The position numbers and the translations under genes were made by a program. Shown here piece by piece: positions 39,852-50,506 of a stretch of 59,481 nt of DNA. The notes beneath the pieces were generated by a model, which saw nothing but the letters and a program-made list of their open reading frames with translations, had not been told where the DNA came from and searched no databases. Position 1 is the first letter of the stretch. Each line of letters opens with the position of its first letter. The stretch is from positions 1 through 59,481 of the forward strand of contig CANSFH010000004.1 of the NCBI GenBank assembly GCA_947646115.1. The letters are read 5' to 3'. Origin of the DNA: an uncultured Mycoplasma sp. (GTDB lineage Bacteria > Bacillota_I > Bacilli_A > RF39 > UBA660).

Positions 39852-40629
39852 TGAACACATTAAATATTTAAAAAAGATTAAAAGAGAAAAACTTGTAGTC
39901 GCTTTCTTTCAAGTTTTAATATTAGTAGGTTTTATTGTATCTTGGGAATTATTAAGCAAATACAAAATTATAAATCCTTTTATCTTTTCTTCACCAACAA
40001 AAATTGTTGAAACTATTAAAAATTTATTTCTATCTTATAATCTAATTAATCACATTACAACAACACTTTATGAAACATTAATAGCATTTTTACTAGGAAT
40101 TAGTTTAAGCTTTATTATAGCCATTTTACTTTACGAGTTTAAATTACTCAATAAAATAATTGATCCCTATTTAACAATGCTTAATAGTTTACCTAAAGTC
40201 GCACTTGGACCACTTATTATAATTATCGCTGGTGCCAATACCAAATCTATTATTGTTATGGCTTTACTTGTTAATTTAATTGTAGGAATTATGAATATAT
40301 ATAATGGTTTTAATAATATTGATTCAGATTTAGTAAAACTATTTAAAACTTTTAATGCATCAAAAAAAGATATTTTATTAAAACTTACAATTCCAGCTTC
40401 TTATAAAACTATTATTTCTAGTTTAAAACTTAATATTTCAATGACATTAATTGGCGTTATTATGGGAGAATTTTTAGTAAGTAGAGAGGGACTTGGCTAT
40501 CTTATAATATATGGAACTCAAGTATTTAATCTTAATATGGTAATGAGTGGAATAGTTATTTTAATTGTTATATCATTTATATTATATAAAATAATTACTT
40601 ATATAGAAAAAAAGCTTCTTAAACAATAA
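39844..40629 (+). CDS. NitT/TauT ABC permease
   Basis: LNSLPKVALGP, IGVIMGEF, GLGYLI; ATG at 39844. Confidence 0.92.
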   Translation: MSNEHIKYLKKIKREKLVVAFFQVLILVGFIVSWELLSKYKIINPFIFSSPTKIVETIKNLFLSYNLINHITTTLYETLIAFLLGISLSFIIAILLYEFKLLNKIIDPYLTMLNSLPKVALGPLIIIIAGANTKSIIVMALLVNLIVGIMNIYNGFNNIDSDLVKLFKTFNASKKDILLKLTIPASYKTIISSLKLNISMTLIGVIMGEFLVSREGLGYLIIYGTQVFNLNMVMSGIVILIVISFILYKIITYIEKKLLKQ

Positions 40630-40650
40630 GAGGCTTTTAATTTATTTTAA

Positions 40651-42066
40651 TTAAAATATAGATTCTTTTTTACCTAAATAGATAATACCACTAATTGCAA
40701 CAATAGCAAAACTAGACATTAATAAGATATCATATTTTAATTTATCTAAAGTTGCAGGGTTTTCTATTTCATCTTTAGGTACTTCTGTTTCAGCGTTCTT
40801 TATGTCTTCATAGACTAAAGCATAAGTGGAAAACTTATCTGTTTCGAACGTTAGCATTTTATTATCTTCAGATATTTTAGTTTCTATTATATCTATAATT
40901 CCATTATGATCACGTAAGATATAATATTTTCTTGTATATCCTGCACTTGGTTTTAATTTATCAGGAATTAAAATGCTTAAGGCTATTTTACTTTCAAGTT
41001 CAGTTAAATTACCAATAACGTTATTTGTACTTTTATCAATTATATTAATTCTTATATCAAAATAATCAGCTATAGTGCCATTTTTAATTTTTTCAGCCAT
41101 TTTATTTTTTACTTCTTCATTTGGCTCAAAATCTTTAATATTTAAGGCAACATTTACATCTTTTTTAGTAATATCTACTTCATTTGTTTTATTAATTGCA
41201 TCTATTAATATTTTGTTTACTTCATTAGAATCAACTTTTATTTGTATATCAGTTGTATTTTCATCAACGGTAATATCACGATCATATTCTTTTAGTCCAA
41301 CTACAAAGGCATTATTTTTTTCTTTACATTCATAGCCTTCTGCTACAAATTCGGTTACATCAAAATCATAGGTACCACCTTTTATAATTGGTGGAACATA
41401 TATAGCGTCTCCATATTCTGAAAGACTAAATTTGCCTTTTTCTCCTTTAAATATTCCACCTTTTAAAGTAAGTTCACTTACAAATCCATCTTCAGCGGTA
41501 GTAATACCAACTGTTGCAAGACCTTTACTACTAAATTCGCCGCTTTCAATAGTAGCTGTTGCGTGTTCATCTAACCATACAGCGTAATATCTTTCAGTTC
41601 CAGTAGCTTTTACATTTCTTAAAGTAACATTTAAAGTATTAAAAATATTTATACCTGTAGTAGTAGTAATATTTTCTAAAACAATACCAGATGTTTCTAT
41701 TTCATCGCCTAAAAATAAAGAATAATCTGCCCCTACTTTAGTCTCAAATGTTCCGTTTTTAATTGTTATATTGTTACCTAACCATACGGAATTTGGAGCT
41801 TGGCCTTTAACTCCTGTAAAAATTGTATGACCATTTAAATCTAATGTTGAGTTATCTGGAAAGAGCCAATTAAAATAAATTCCATATTTGTTAGAATCAG
41901 ATACATCAACATCATCAAGTAAAGTAATTGTTTCACCTTCTTTAACTTGGGCAACGGCTTCATCAAATGTCTCGTATTCAGTATCAGCTATTTTTACTTT
42001 AGCATTTACAGTACTAGGCATTATCATTAAAACCAACAAAATAATAGAAATAAATATTTTTTTCAT
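40651..42066 (-). CDS. Secreted/cell-wall surface protein with beta-helix-like region and NPxT-type sorting signal
   Basis: Signal peptide MKKIFISIILLVLMIMPSTVNA; C-terminal ENPATLD, TM segment and KK tail. Confidence 0.8.
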   Translation of the reverse strand: MKKIFISIILLVLMIMPSTVNAKVKIADTEYETFDEAVAQVKEGETITLLDDVDVSDSNKYGIYFNWLFPDNSTLDLNGHTIFTGVKGQAPNSVWLGNNITIKNGTFETKVGADYSLFLGDEIETSGIVLENITTTTGINIFNTLNVTLRNVKATGTERYYAVWLDEHATATIESGEFSSKGLATVGITTAEDGFVSELTLKGGIFKGEKGKFSLSEYGDAIYVPPIIKGGTYDFDVTEFVAEGYECKEKNNAFVVGLKEYDRDITVDENTTDIQIKVDSNEVNKILIDAINKTNEVDITKKDVNVALNIKDFEPNEEVKNKMAEKIKNGTIADYFDIRINIIDKSTNNVIGNLTELESKIALSILIPDKLKPSAGYTRKYYILRDHNGIIDIIETKISEDNKMLTFETDKFSTYALVYEDIKNAETEVPKDEIENPATLDKLKYDILLMSSFAIVAISGIIYLGKKESIF

Positions 42067-42238
42067 TTTTCTCAACTCCTAAAATCATTAATATTATAGC
42101 ATACACCTAAAAAATGTAAATATTCCTGTATAATATTTACGTTTGTATTTACTAGTGCTTTACATAGATGCATAGTTTTTGCAATTCTTAATACAATTTT
42201 ATGCATAAATAATATATAATAATTATGGATGTGATAAT

Positions 42239-43057
42239 GTGACAAAATTAAAAGTAAAGTGGAATAATATTATTATTTTATCTATAGTAATAGCTTGTAT
42301 TATAATATTTATTTTATTAGGCTTTAAAACTTTTAGATGGAAAATGGACAGCAATGATATAAAAAAACAAATTGACGATATAAATGAAATAATCAAAGAG
42401 GAAGTAATACTTGATTCTGATAAAACAGAAATTATTGAACCAAATGAAGAAATAAATAAAGATAATCCTTATCTAGATTATATAAAAATGAATATGATTA
42501 ATGTTAATTTGGATGATTTAAAAAAAATTAATTCTGACGTTAAAGGATGGATAAAAGTAAATGGAACAAATGTCAACTACCCTTTTGTTCAAGCAAAAGA
42601 CAATAGCTACTATTTAACTCATAGTTTTAATAAATCATATAATCAAGCTGGATGGGTATTTTTAGATTATAGAAATAGCGAAATAAACAAGCATATAATT
42701 TTATATGCTCATGGTAGAAGTGATAAAACTATGTTTGGTTCTTTAAAAGATATTTTAACTAATGGTTGGTCAGAAGATAAAAATAATTTTGTTATTAAAA
42801 TGTCAACATTCAAGGAAAATTCTTTATGGCAAATATTTAGTGTATATCGTATTCCAACAACAAGTGATTACTTACAAATTGAATTTGAAAATGATGATAA
42901 ATTTCTTGAATTTGCTAATATATTAAAAAATAGAAGTTCTTATAATTTTAATACTAATATCAGTAAGGATGATAAAATATTAACATTATCAACATGTTAT
43001 AACAACAAAGAAAAAGTTGTTCTTCATGCAAAATTAATAAAAAAAGAAAATAAATAA
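42239..43057 (+). CDS. srtB: Class B sortase
   Basis: GWIKVNGTNVNYP, YYLTH, GWVFLDYRN, LYAHG, LTLSTC. Confidence 0.9.
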   Translation: MTKLKVKWNNIIILSIVIACIIIFILLGFKTFRWKMDSNDIKKQIDDINEIIKEEVILDSDKTEIIEPNEEINKDNPYLDYIKMNMINVNLDDLKKINSDVKGWIKVNGTNVNYPFVQAKDNSYYLTHSFNKSYNQAGWVFLDYRNSEINKHIILYAHGRSDKTMFGSLKDILTNGWSEDKNNFVIKMSTFKENSLWQIFSVYRIPTTSDYLQIEFENDDKFLEFANILKNRSSYNFNTNISKDDKILTLSTCYNNKEKVVLHAKLIKKENK

Positions 43058-43355
43058 ATTTTATAATATATTTAAAAGAATATACTAATTAAGGATATTC
43101 TTTTTTAGTTTCATAAGTATAAATTATTAAACATTAAATTATATTTCCAATAGCATGGACAATTATTTATGTTTTAATGGGTATTTCTTTTTATTTATGT
43201 AAAAATGATTATAATGAAAATAGTATTATTGATAAATTATATTATTTTCAATTATTATATAAGAAAAAGTCAATATCAGCATATCTTAATATTCCATATT
43301 TAATTTGGATACTATTTGCAACTTACTTAACATTAGGAATATATTTATTAAACTA

Positions 43356-43378
43356 AAAAAAGCTATCCTTTGATAGCC
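43356..43378 (-). terminator. Intrinsic terminator ending the cell-wall cluster
   Basis: gctatc-cttt-gatagc hairpin with a minus-strand U-tract. Confidence 0.65.
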
Positions 43379-43379
43379 T

Positions 43380-44456
43380 TTAATTATTATATATCTCTTC
43401 ATAACATTTATCTTTACGGTATTTAATAAAAGTATCATTTAACTCAATTACTTTATTATGGATATCTTGAATAACTTTAGTGTAATTACTATATCCATGA
43501 GTAGTAAAAATTGATAAAGCATAGGGACTACCATCCAAGTTTAATCCTATATCATGGAAATTTATATCCCAGCTACCATATTTATGGTACATTTTTACTC
43601 CTTCTCTATTAAAGGCATTATGATCATCATTGTCCATTATATTTAGCAAAAATGGTCCATATTCTTTATCTTTGCTTATAATTCGATAAGCTTCTTTTAA
43701 ATAAATGTTAGTATCTTCTGCAGTTTGATTACCAAATTTATCCCCGCCAGTTAAGATAACTTTTCCACCCAAAGACAATCCATAATTTTTAAGATTATCA
43801 AAACCAATATAATCAATTAACATTAAGTGTGCTGAATTATCACTTACTGAAATAGCATAACTAATTAAATCTCGAAGACTTACTTGATCACCTATTTTAT
43901 GTTTTGCTAAACCAGAAGAATAACCTGCAATATATTTATTTTCATAAATTATTTTTTCTTCATCTAAATTAAGTTTTTTATTAATATCTTCATTATTTTC
44001 TTCATTAGCAAAATGAGAACTATCAGGATTACTAGCTTTATTAATTAAGTATAAAGCATCAACTAATTTTATTAAACTACAGCCATAGTAAATTTTTGTA
44101 GCGTCATATTTATAAGTTAAACCATTCTCTAAATTTTCAAAATAAACTGAAGCCTGATAATTATTTTCTTTAATTAAATTATCTATTGCATTCATAGCAT
44201 TTGTTAACTCTGTTGTTTTTTCTGCTTCATTATAAGGACTTATTAAACAAGCATCATAAGCCTTTTCCTTCCTCTTTTTCTCCTCATAAGCTTTTTTGCT
44301 TTCTTCTTCAGCAATTCTTCTAGCTTCTTCTTCAGCTTTTAAAGCATTATTACTATCAATTAAATAATATATACCATAACCTGCTAAAACACATATAATT
44401 AATACGAGCAAAATCCCCTTTTTTAATTTTCTTTTTTTCTTCATACTCTTACTCAC
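43380..44456 (-). CDS. Membrane-anchored serine hydrolase (class A beta-lactamase / DD-peptidase fold)
   Basis: SLIK (SxxK), SDN and HKYG motifs; N-terminal TM and coiled coil. Confidence 0.85.
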   Translation of the reverse strand: MSKSMKKKRKLKKGILLVLIICVLAGYGIYYLIDSNNALKAEEEARRIAEEESKKAYEEKKRKEKAYDACLISPYNEAEKTTELTNAMNAIDNLIKENNYQASVYFENLENGLTYKYDATKIYYGCSLIKLVDALYLINKASNPDSSHFANEENNEDINKKLNLDEEKIIYENKYIAGYSSGLAKHKIGDQVSLRDLISYAISVSDNSAHLMLIDYIGFDNLKNYGLSLGGKVILTGGDKFGNQTAEDTNIYLKEAYRIISKDKEYGPFLLNIMDNDDHNAFNREGVKMYHKYGSWDINFHDIGLNLDGSPYALSIFTTHGYSNYTKVIQDIHNKVIELNDTFIKYRKDKCYEEIYNN

Positions 44457-46284
44457 TCACAAAATATACTTGATACCAAATTAAGAAGATTAAAATATTA
44501 TATAATTTTAAACTGCTTCTTTTAATATCATTATAATGATCATCTAATAATTTATTAATATATTCTTTATCAAAAAATTTTGATACATATGGTTTATTAA
44601 AATATTCCTTAATTATTTTATAATATTTTTCTTCACGTGCCCACGCTCCAAAAGGAACAGGAAAGCCTAGTTTTTGTCTTTTTGCCCATTCTTCTGGTAG
44701 TTCTTCAAAAGCAATATTTCTAAAGATATGTTTTGTTTCTTTATCTTTAACTAAATATTTAGATGGTATTTTTTTAGCAGTATTAAATACTTCTATATCT
44801 AAAAGTGGTACCCTAAGTTCTAAAGAGTTTGCCATTGACATTTTATCAGCTTTTAAGAGAATATCTTGCGGTAACCAAAAATTCATATCAATATACATCT
44901 TTTTCGTTACATCGCTTTCATATTTTACTTCATCACATAATGGTTTTAATAAATCACCAATAGTTTCATTATTACGAGTTTTATTATTTAAAATTTGGTT
45001 AGCTTCTTCTTCAGTCATATAAGAACCATGACCAATATATCTTTCATAGATTGGTTTACCATAGCGGATTAACGTATTTTGTCCAGGAAAATGAGGAAAT
45101 GGTTTTACAATATGACCAATAAAGGAACGAATAAATAAAGGTATTTTAGTATATATACGTAATGATAAAGGTTCATAATACTCATTATATCCTCCAAACA
45201 TTTCATCACTACCTTCACCAGATAAGACCACTTTAACTTCACTACTTGCTAATGCAGATAAGAAATATAAAGGAACAGTAGATAAATTAGCATGTGGCTC
45301 ATCAGTATGATAAACAATTGTTGGAAGTATTTCAAAAAATTCATCACCACTTACATATTTACTATAGTTTTTTATACCTATTATATCTGATAAGTCTTTA
45401 GCCATTTTTGTTTCATCAAATCCTTTTAAATCAAAACCAACTGTAAATGATTTATCAGGATGAGCAAAAGATGCTACATATGAAGAATCAACGCCCCCAG
45501 AAAGATAGGTACCTACTTCTACATCACTTGTAATTTGATGATACTTAATCGAATCTTCTAAAACATTTTTTAGTTCTTCGCGATATTCATTATAGCTTTT
45601 TTTACCTTTACTGTATTTAACTTTAAAATAACGCTTTACTTCTAAATTTCCATCTTTATATTTGAAATAATGACCAGGTTTTAACTTAAATACATTTTTA
45701 AAGAATGTTTCTTCGTGAACAGAATATTGAAATATTAAATACATTTTAAGAGCATCAGTATTTACTTCTTTTTTAAAATCTGGATGTTCTAAAAAAGTTT
45801 TTATTTCTGATGTAAACATAAATTCATTTTTACTTAAATAGTAATAAAATGGTTTTATACCAAAATGGTCACGAGCTCCTACTAACTCTTTTGTTTTTTT
45901 ATCATATATAACAAAAGCAAACATACCTCGTAAACGTGGAAATAAGTCTTCACCATATTCCTCATATCCATGAATTATTACTTCGGTATCTGTTTCTGTA
46001 GCAAATTTATGGCCTTTGCATATAAGTTCTTCTTTTAATGCTTGATAATTATAAATTTCACCATTAAAAATAATTACTTTATCTTTAGTTTCATTATATA
46101 TTGGTTGAACTCCACTATTTAAATCAATAATTGATAATCGACGATGACCTAAAGCTATTACATCATCAGTATAATATCCTGCATCATCTGGACCACGGTG
46201 TTTAATTCTATCAGCCATTTTTTTAATTATAACATTTTTTTCTTTTTTGGGTTTATTATCAACAAATCCTACAATTCCGCACAT
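44449..46284 (-). CDS. asnB: Glutamine-dependent asparagine synthase / amidotransferase (copy A)
   Basis: MCGI, HRGPDD, GHRRLSIID, FNGEIYN, LSGGVDSS, SGEGSDE, SLELRVP. Confidence 0.93.
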   Translation of the reverse strand: MCGIVGFVDNKPKKEKNVIIKKMADRIKHRGPDDAGYYTDDVIALGHRRLSIIDLNSGVQPIYNETKDKVIIFNGEIYNYQALKEELICKGHKFATETDTEVIIHGYEEYGEDLFPRLRGMFAFVIYDKKTKELVGARDHFGIKPFYYYLSKNEFMFTSEIKTFLEHPDFKKEVNTDALKMYLIFQYSVHEETFFKNVFKLKPGHYFKYKDGNLEVKRYFKVKYSKGKKSYNEYREELKNVLEDSIKYHQITSDVEVGTYLSGGVDSSYVASFAHPDKSFTVGFDLKGFDETKMAKDLSDIIGIKNYSKYVSGDEFFEILPTIVYHTDEPHANLSTVPLYFLSALASSEVKVVLSGEGSDEMFGGYNEYYEPLSLRIYTKIPLFIRSFIGHIVKPFPHFPGQNTLIRYGKPIYERYIGHGSYMTEEEANQILNNKTRNNETIGDLLKPLCDEVKYESDVTKKMYIDMNFWLPQDILLKADKMSMANSLELRVPLLDIEVFNTAKKIPSKYLVKDKETKHIFRNIAFEELPEEWAKRQKLGFPVPFGAWAREEKYYKIIKEYFNKPYVSKFFDKEYINKLLDDHYNDIKRSSLKLYNILIFLIWYQVYFVSE

Positions 46285-46285
46285 T

Positions 46286-47497
46286 TTAACTCCTCCAGTA
46301 ACTATTTTTATATTCTTTATAATAATTAAACCAACGTTTACGAAGCATTAAAAAACGTTTAAAATTTCTGTCACTCGGAGCATCCATTGGTTTAACAACG
46401 TTTTTCCAAAGTTTTAGAGCTTCCTTCTTAAATTCCTCATTAGTTATATATTTTTTTATTATTCCTCGAGGAACAAATGATAGCATTAATTTTTCATCTA
46501 AAAATTCAAATTTATGCTCCTTATTGTTAAGGCAATCATCAGTTATAGTTTTTACTAAATTTTTGCCTAAAGCTGCAACATAGTAACTACTTCGCCCTTG
46601 TCTTGCATTAATTTCTAAAATTTTAAAAGTATTATCTCGAACATCATACTTCATATCAACTTCTGCAAATCCACGATAATTTATACTTTCCATAAACTCT
46701 TTTAAAATTTTTACTTCCTTTTTTACATCACCTTTAGTAGTATTAAAGCCATTAATTAATACTGCGGCATTGCCTACCATACTTGAGGTTCTTTCTTGTA
46801 AACCAATTTGGGCAAATGTCATAAATTCGCATTTTCCTTTAGTATTTACATATAAAACAGCATCAAATAAAGCATCATCACCACCAGGAATAAATTCTTG
46901 AATAATTAACTTATCATTGTAACCGTTTTCTTTAATTAGATTTATAGTTTTATTTAATTCTTCATAGCTTTCTATTTTATAGATTTTCTTTTTACCATCA
47001 AAACTAATATGATTATATATTACAACATTAGCTGGTTTTAAAACTACAGGATATGTTAAATCTTCTGGAACTTTAACTTTCTTTTTACAATCATAATAAA
47101 AAGTACTTGGAAAAGATAATTTACTATCTTGATAAGTTTTATGAAAATTCTCTTTATTAGTTAAACTTTTAATAACTTCGGGAGATGGAAAATTGAAAAC
47201 ATAACGATCCTTTAATTTTTCTTTATTAGCGCTAACAAACTCGGTATAAGTTTCATTAGTACTAATTAAAACTATTTTACCTTTATGTTCATTAGCAAAT
47301 TTCTCTAAAATACGTAAAAATCCTTCTTCACTCCATATATCACTTTCATAAGAAACATTTAATATATTGGAATAAGTTGTAAATGAAAGTGGACTTTTAC
47401 CTATAACATAAGGCTTTTTATGAAATGCTTCATAACAGCATCTCGACATATAATATGCATTAGGATCTGTTCCTAAAATTAATACTTCAAAATCCAT
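46286..47497 (-). CDS. ATP-grasp carboxylate-amine ligase, D-aspartate ligase (Asl/YxbA)-like
   Basis: ILGTDPNAY, YPVVLKP, IIQEFIPGGD, EVDMKYD, EINARQGRSSYY. Confidence 0.82.
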   Translation of the reverse strand: MDFEVLILGTDPNAYYMSRCCYEAFHKKPYVIGKSPLSFTTYSNILNVSYESDIWSEEGFLRILEKFANEHKGKIVLISTNETYTEFVSANKEKLKDRYVFNFPSPEVIKSLTNKENFHKTYQDSKLSFPSTFYYDCKKKVKVPEDLTYPVVLKPANVVIYNHISFDGKKKIYKIESYEELNKTINLIKENGYNDKLIIQEFIPGGDDALFDAVLYVNTKGKCEFMTFAQIGLQERTSSMVGNAAVLINGFNTTKGDVKKEVKILKEFMESINYRGFAEVDMKYDVRDNTFKILEINARQGRSSYYVAALGKNLVKTITDDCLNNKEHKFEFLDEKLMLSFVPRGIIKKYITNEEFKKEALKLWKNVVKPMDAPSDRNFKRFLMLRKRWFNYYKEYKNSYWRS

Positions 47498-47522
47498 TTT
47501 AATTCTCCTTAATAGTTAGTTT

Positions 47523-48662
47523 TTATTTTTCTTTATAAATTCTTGGTACTCTACTAGTTATCATATTAAACAAATGATAACCATTTATATTTAATCTTCT
47601 TTTAGTCTCATTAATAGAAATATTATCACCAAATATCTCAACAATATCTCCTACTTTAATAGTTTCATCTACTTTAACCATAATCATATCCATAGAATCA
47701 CTTACTATTTCATAACGGTTACCATTAATTACAACATATCCATAATCTTTAGTTACCCCATCAGCATAACCAATAGCTATTGTAGCAATATAGCCGGAAC
47801 TTTCCATTATATAACTAGCATTATAGCCAACTCGTTCTTTAGCTTCTACTTTTCTAATAGCTATAACACTTGAATAAAGACTAAAAGCGGTTTTTAAATT
47901 AAGATCATTTTCACTTATAAAATCTATTTCCCTTTTTAATAATTTATTTTTTAATTTACTTTTAAAACTCGTACTAGGTTTAACACTACCACTAAAGCCA
48001 TACATTATAACTCCTAATCTTATCCCATTAACACAAGGAATTTTTTCATGACTAACAAAAGTTAAACTGCGATCAAAGTGAACTATTGGAATACTTTTTA
48101 AGTCAATTCCTGATAACAAATATAAAACTTTTTCTAATTGCTGTTTATAAAAAGAATCTCCTCTACCACCTGTAGCAAAATGAGTATAGACGCCTTCTAA
48201 TTCTAAATGCTTATCTTTATTAATTAAGGTGTATGCTTCTTCAAGTTCTAATTTATCTTTAAAGCCTAGTCTATTCATTCCAGAATCAATTTTAAAATGT
48301 ACTTTTAAATTTTCTTTAAATTTATTATCTAACAATTCTTTTAAATAAGTTAAACTTTCCACTGTAATTGTAATTTTATTTTTTAAAGCAACATTTATAT
48401 ATTTTAATTCTATTGGTTCTAAAATAAGAATAGGAATATCTTTATAAGCTGCTCTAATATTCATTGCTTCATCAAGACTTGATACTGCAAGATAATTTAC
48501 TCCACCTTCTATTAATGAAGGAACAATTTGAATTCCATGACTATAAGCGTTATTTTTTACAACTCCTATATAATAATCATAATCACTATATTTAGTAGTT
48601 ATTTCTTTAACATTATTCCTAATAATATTTTTGTTAATTAAAGCATAAGTATTACGATACAT
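47523..48662 (-). CDS. alr: Alanine-racemase-fold PLP racemase (divergent)
   Basis: VVKNNAYSHG, KIDSGMNRLG, EGVYTHF, VGY, IGYADG, SMDM. Confidence 0.82.
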   Translation of the reverse strand: MYRNTYALINKNIIRNNVKEITTKYSDYDYYIGVVKNNAYSHGIQIVPSLIEGGVNYLAVSSLDEAMNIRAAYKDIPILILEPIELKYINVALKNKITITVESLTYLKELLDNKFKENLKVHFKIDSGMNRLGFKDKLELEEAYTLINKDKHLELEGVYTHFATGGRGDSFYKQQLEKVLYLLSGIDLKSIPIVHFDRSLTFVSHEKIPCVNGIRLGVIMYGFSGSVKPSTSFKSKLKNKLLKREIDFISENDLNLKTAFSLYSSVIAIRKVEAKERVGYNASYIMESSGYIATIAIGYADGVTKDYGYVVINGNRYEIVSDSMDMIMVKVDETIKVGDIVEIFGDNISINETKRRLNINGYHLFNMITSRVPRIYKEK

Positions 48663-48676
48663 ATTAGACTCCTTTT

Positions 48677-50506
48677 TTATGCAACAGCATAGTCTAAAAA
48701 GAACACTTCATACCATTTTAAGAATGCATAAATAGCCCAAACTTTTTTATAAGTGTCTTTTTTTCCTTTTAAAGAGCTATCTAAAAGTTTCAAAATATAA
48801 TTTTGATCAAATAACTCTTTAACATATTCTTGTTTAAAAGTATTTTGGATTTCTTCGTGAACGTCACTTTCACTCATCCATGCACGAAGTGGTACTGGAA
48901 ATCCTAATTTTTTCTTTTTATAAGACTCATTTGGAATAACTTGTTTCGCTGCTTCCCTTAATGCTACTTTAGTATTTACTTTAGTTACTTTTTTGTCCAT
49001 TTCAAGAGAACTTGCTAAACTAAATACTTCTTTATCAATAAATGGAACTCGAAGTTCTAAAGAATTTGCCATAGTCATACGATCAGCTTTATGTAATATA
49101 TCTTTTACAAGCCAGAAATTAATATCTACTGCTTGCATTTTTATCAAATCATTTTTATCTTTAAATTTATTAAAAATTGGTGCTGTTAAATCTTTGTTTT
49201 TAATTTTACTTTTATGACCAATTACTTTACTTGCTTCTTTGTCACTAAATACACGATTCATGCCAATATATTCATCTTCTAATTTAGTTCCTCGTCTAAC
49301 TAAGAAATTACGTCCTCTAAATTCAGGAAGATAACCTAAAACTACTGCGACCATATGACGCATAAAATATGGTATTTTATTATAAAAGCTCATGTCTACT
49401 GTTTCTCGGTAAGTGTTATAGCCAGCAAAGAATTCATCAGCTCCTTCACCGGATAATACTACTTTAACATCACGACTAGCAAGTTCAGATAAGAAATATA
49501 GTGCAATTGATGCTGCATCACAAAAAGGTTCATCCATATGATACATTATTTTAGGAACAATTTTCATGTATTCATCTTTATTTATTTTACGACTTATATT
49601 TTCAATATTTAAGCGATTTGCTAAATCTTCAGCATAAGCAATTTCACTATATTTAGGAATATCATATCCAACAGTGTATGTTTTATCAGGACGTGCTAAA
49701 CTTACAATATATGATGAATCAATGCCACTTGATAAGAATGAACCTATTTCAACATCACTTTCTAAATGATGTTTAACTGAATCTTCCATTGCCTCGCTAA
49801 TTTCTTTAACCGCCTCTTCATAACTTCTTTTTTGTTCTTTAAAATCATAAGCATAATATTCTTCTATTTTAATTTCGCCATTTTTGTAAGTTAAGCTATG
49901 TCCAGGATTAAGACGATTTACACCTTTAAAAAACGTTTCGGTAGTAGGAGTAAAACTAAATGTAAGATATGGAGCTAAAAGTTCTTTATTTAATTCTTTT
50001 ATAAATTTAGGATGTTCTAAAAATGATTTGATTTCAGAGCCAAACATAAAAGTTCCATCATTTACATAATAATAAAATGGTTTAATACCAAAATGATCAC
50101 GAGCACAAAATAAAGTTTCATTCTTTTTATCCCAGATAGCAAAAGCAAACATACCACGTAATTTATTTGGTAAATCACTACCCCATTCTTCATATCCATG
50201 AACTAATACTTCTGTATCACATTTCGTAGTGAATTTATGTTTTTTCTTTTTAAGTTCGTTCATTAAAGCTTTATAATTATAAATTTCCCCATTAAAAACA
50301 ATAACTATATTTTCATCTTCGTTATACATCGGTTGTTTACCTGCATTAATATCTATAATAGATAATCGACGGTGTCCAAGTGCTACATTTATGTCTGTAT
50401 AATAACCTTCGCCATCAGGTCCACGATGAATAATTCTATCAGCCATTTTTTTAATTATTTTATCTTTGTTTTTTTCTTTATCTATAAAGCCAACTATTCC
50501 GCACAT
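48677..50506 (-). CDS. asnB: Glutamine-dependent asparagine synthase / amidotransferase (copy B)
   Basis: MCGI, HRGPDG, GHRRLSIID, LSSGIDSS, SGEGADE, SLELRVPF. Confidence 0.93.
   Translation of the reverse strand: MCGIVGFIDKEKNKDKIIKKMADRIIHRGPDGEGYYTDINVALGHRRLSIIDINAGKQPMYNEDENIVIVFNGEIYNYKALMNELKKKKHKFTTKCDTEVLVHGYEEWGSDLPNKLRGMFAFAIWDKKNETLFCARDHFGIKPFYYYVNDGTFMFGSEIKSFLEHPKFIKELNKELLAPYLTFSFTPTTETFFKGVNRLNPGHSLTYKNGEIKIEEYYAYDFKEQKRSYEEAVKEISEAMEDSVKHHLESDVEIGSFLSSGIDSSYIVSLARPDKTYTVGYDIPKYSEIAYAEDLANRLNIENISRKINKDEYMKIVPKIMYHMDEPFCDAASIALYFLSELASRDVKVVLSGEGADEFFAGYNTYRETVDMSFYNKIPYFMRHMVAVVLGYLPEFRGRNFLVRRGTKLEDEYIGMNRVFSDKEASKVIGHKSKIKNKDLTAPIFNKFKDKNDLIKMQAVDINFWLVKDILHKADRMTMANSLELRVPFIDKEVFSLASSLEMDKKVTKVNTKVALREAAKQVIPNESYKKKKLGFPVPLRAWMSESDVHEEIQNTFKQEYVKELFDQNYILKLLDSSLKGKKDTYKKVWAIYAFLKWYEVFFLDYAVA

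Noticed and set aside
43100-43340. Possible decayed membrane-protein gene between srtB and the serine hydrolase
   Set aside because: Multiple stops in all frames and no recognisable motif.
43380-44456. Functional beta-lactamase resistance gene
   Set aside because: Membrane-anchored, HKYG triad, and located in a peptidoglycan operon; a DD-peptidase role is more parsimonious.
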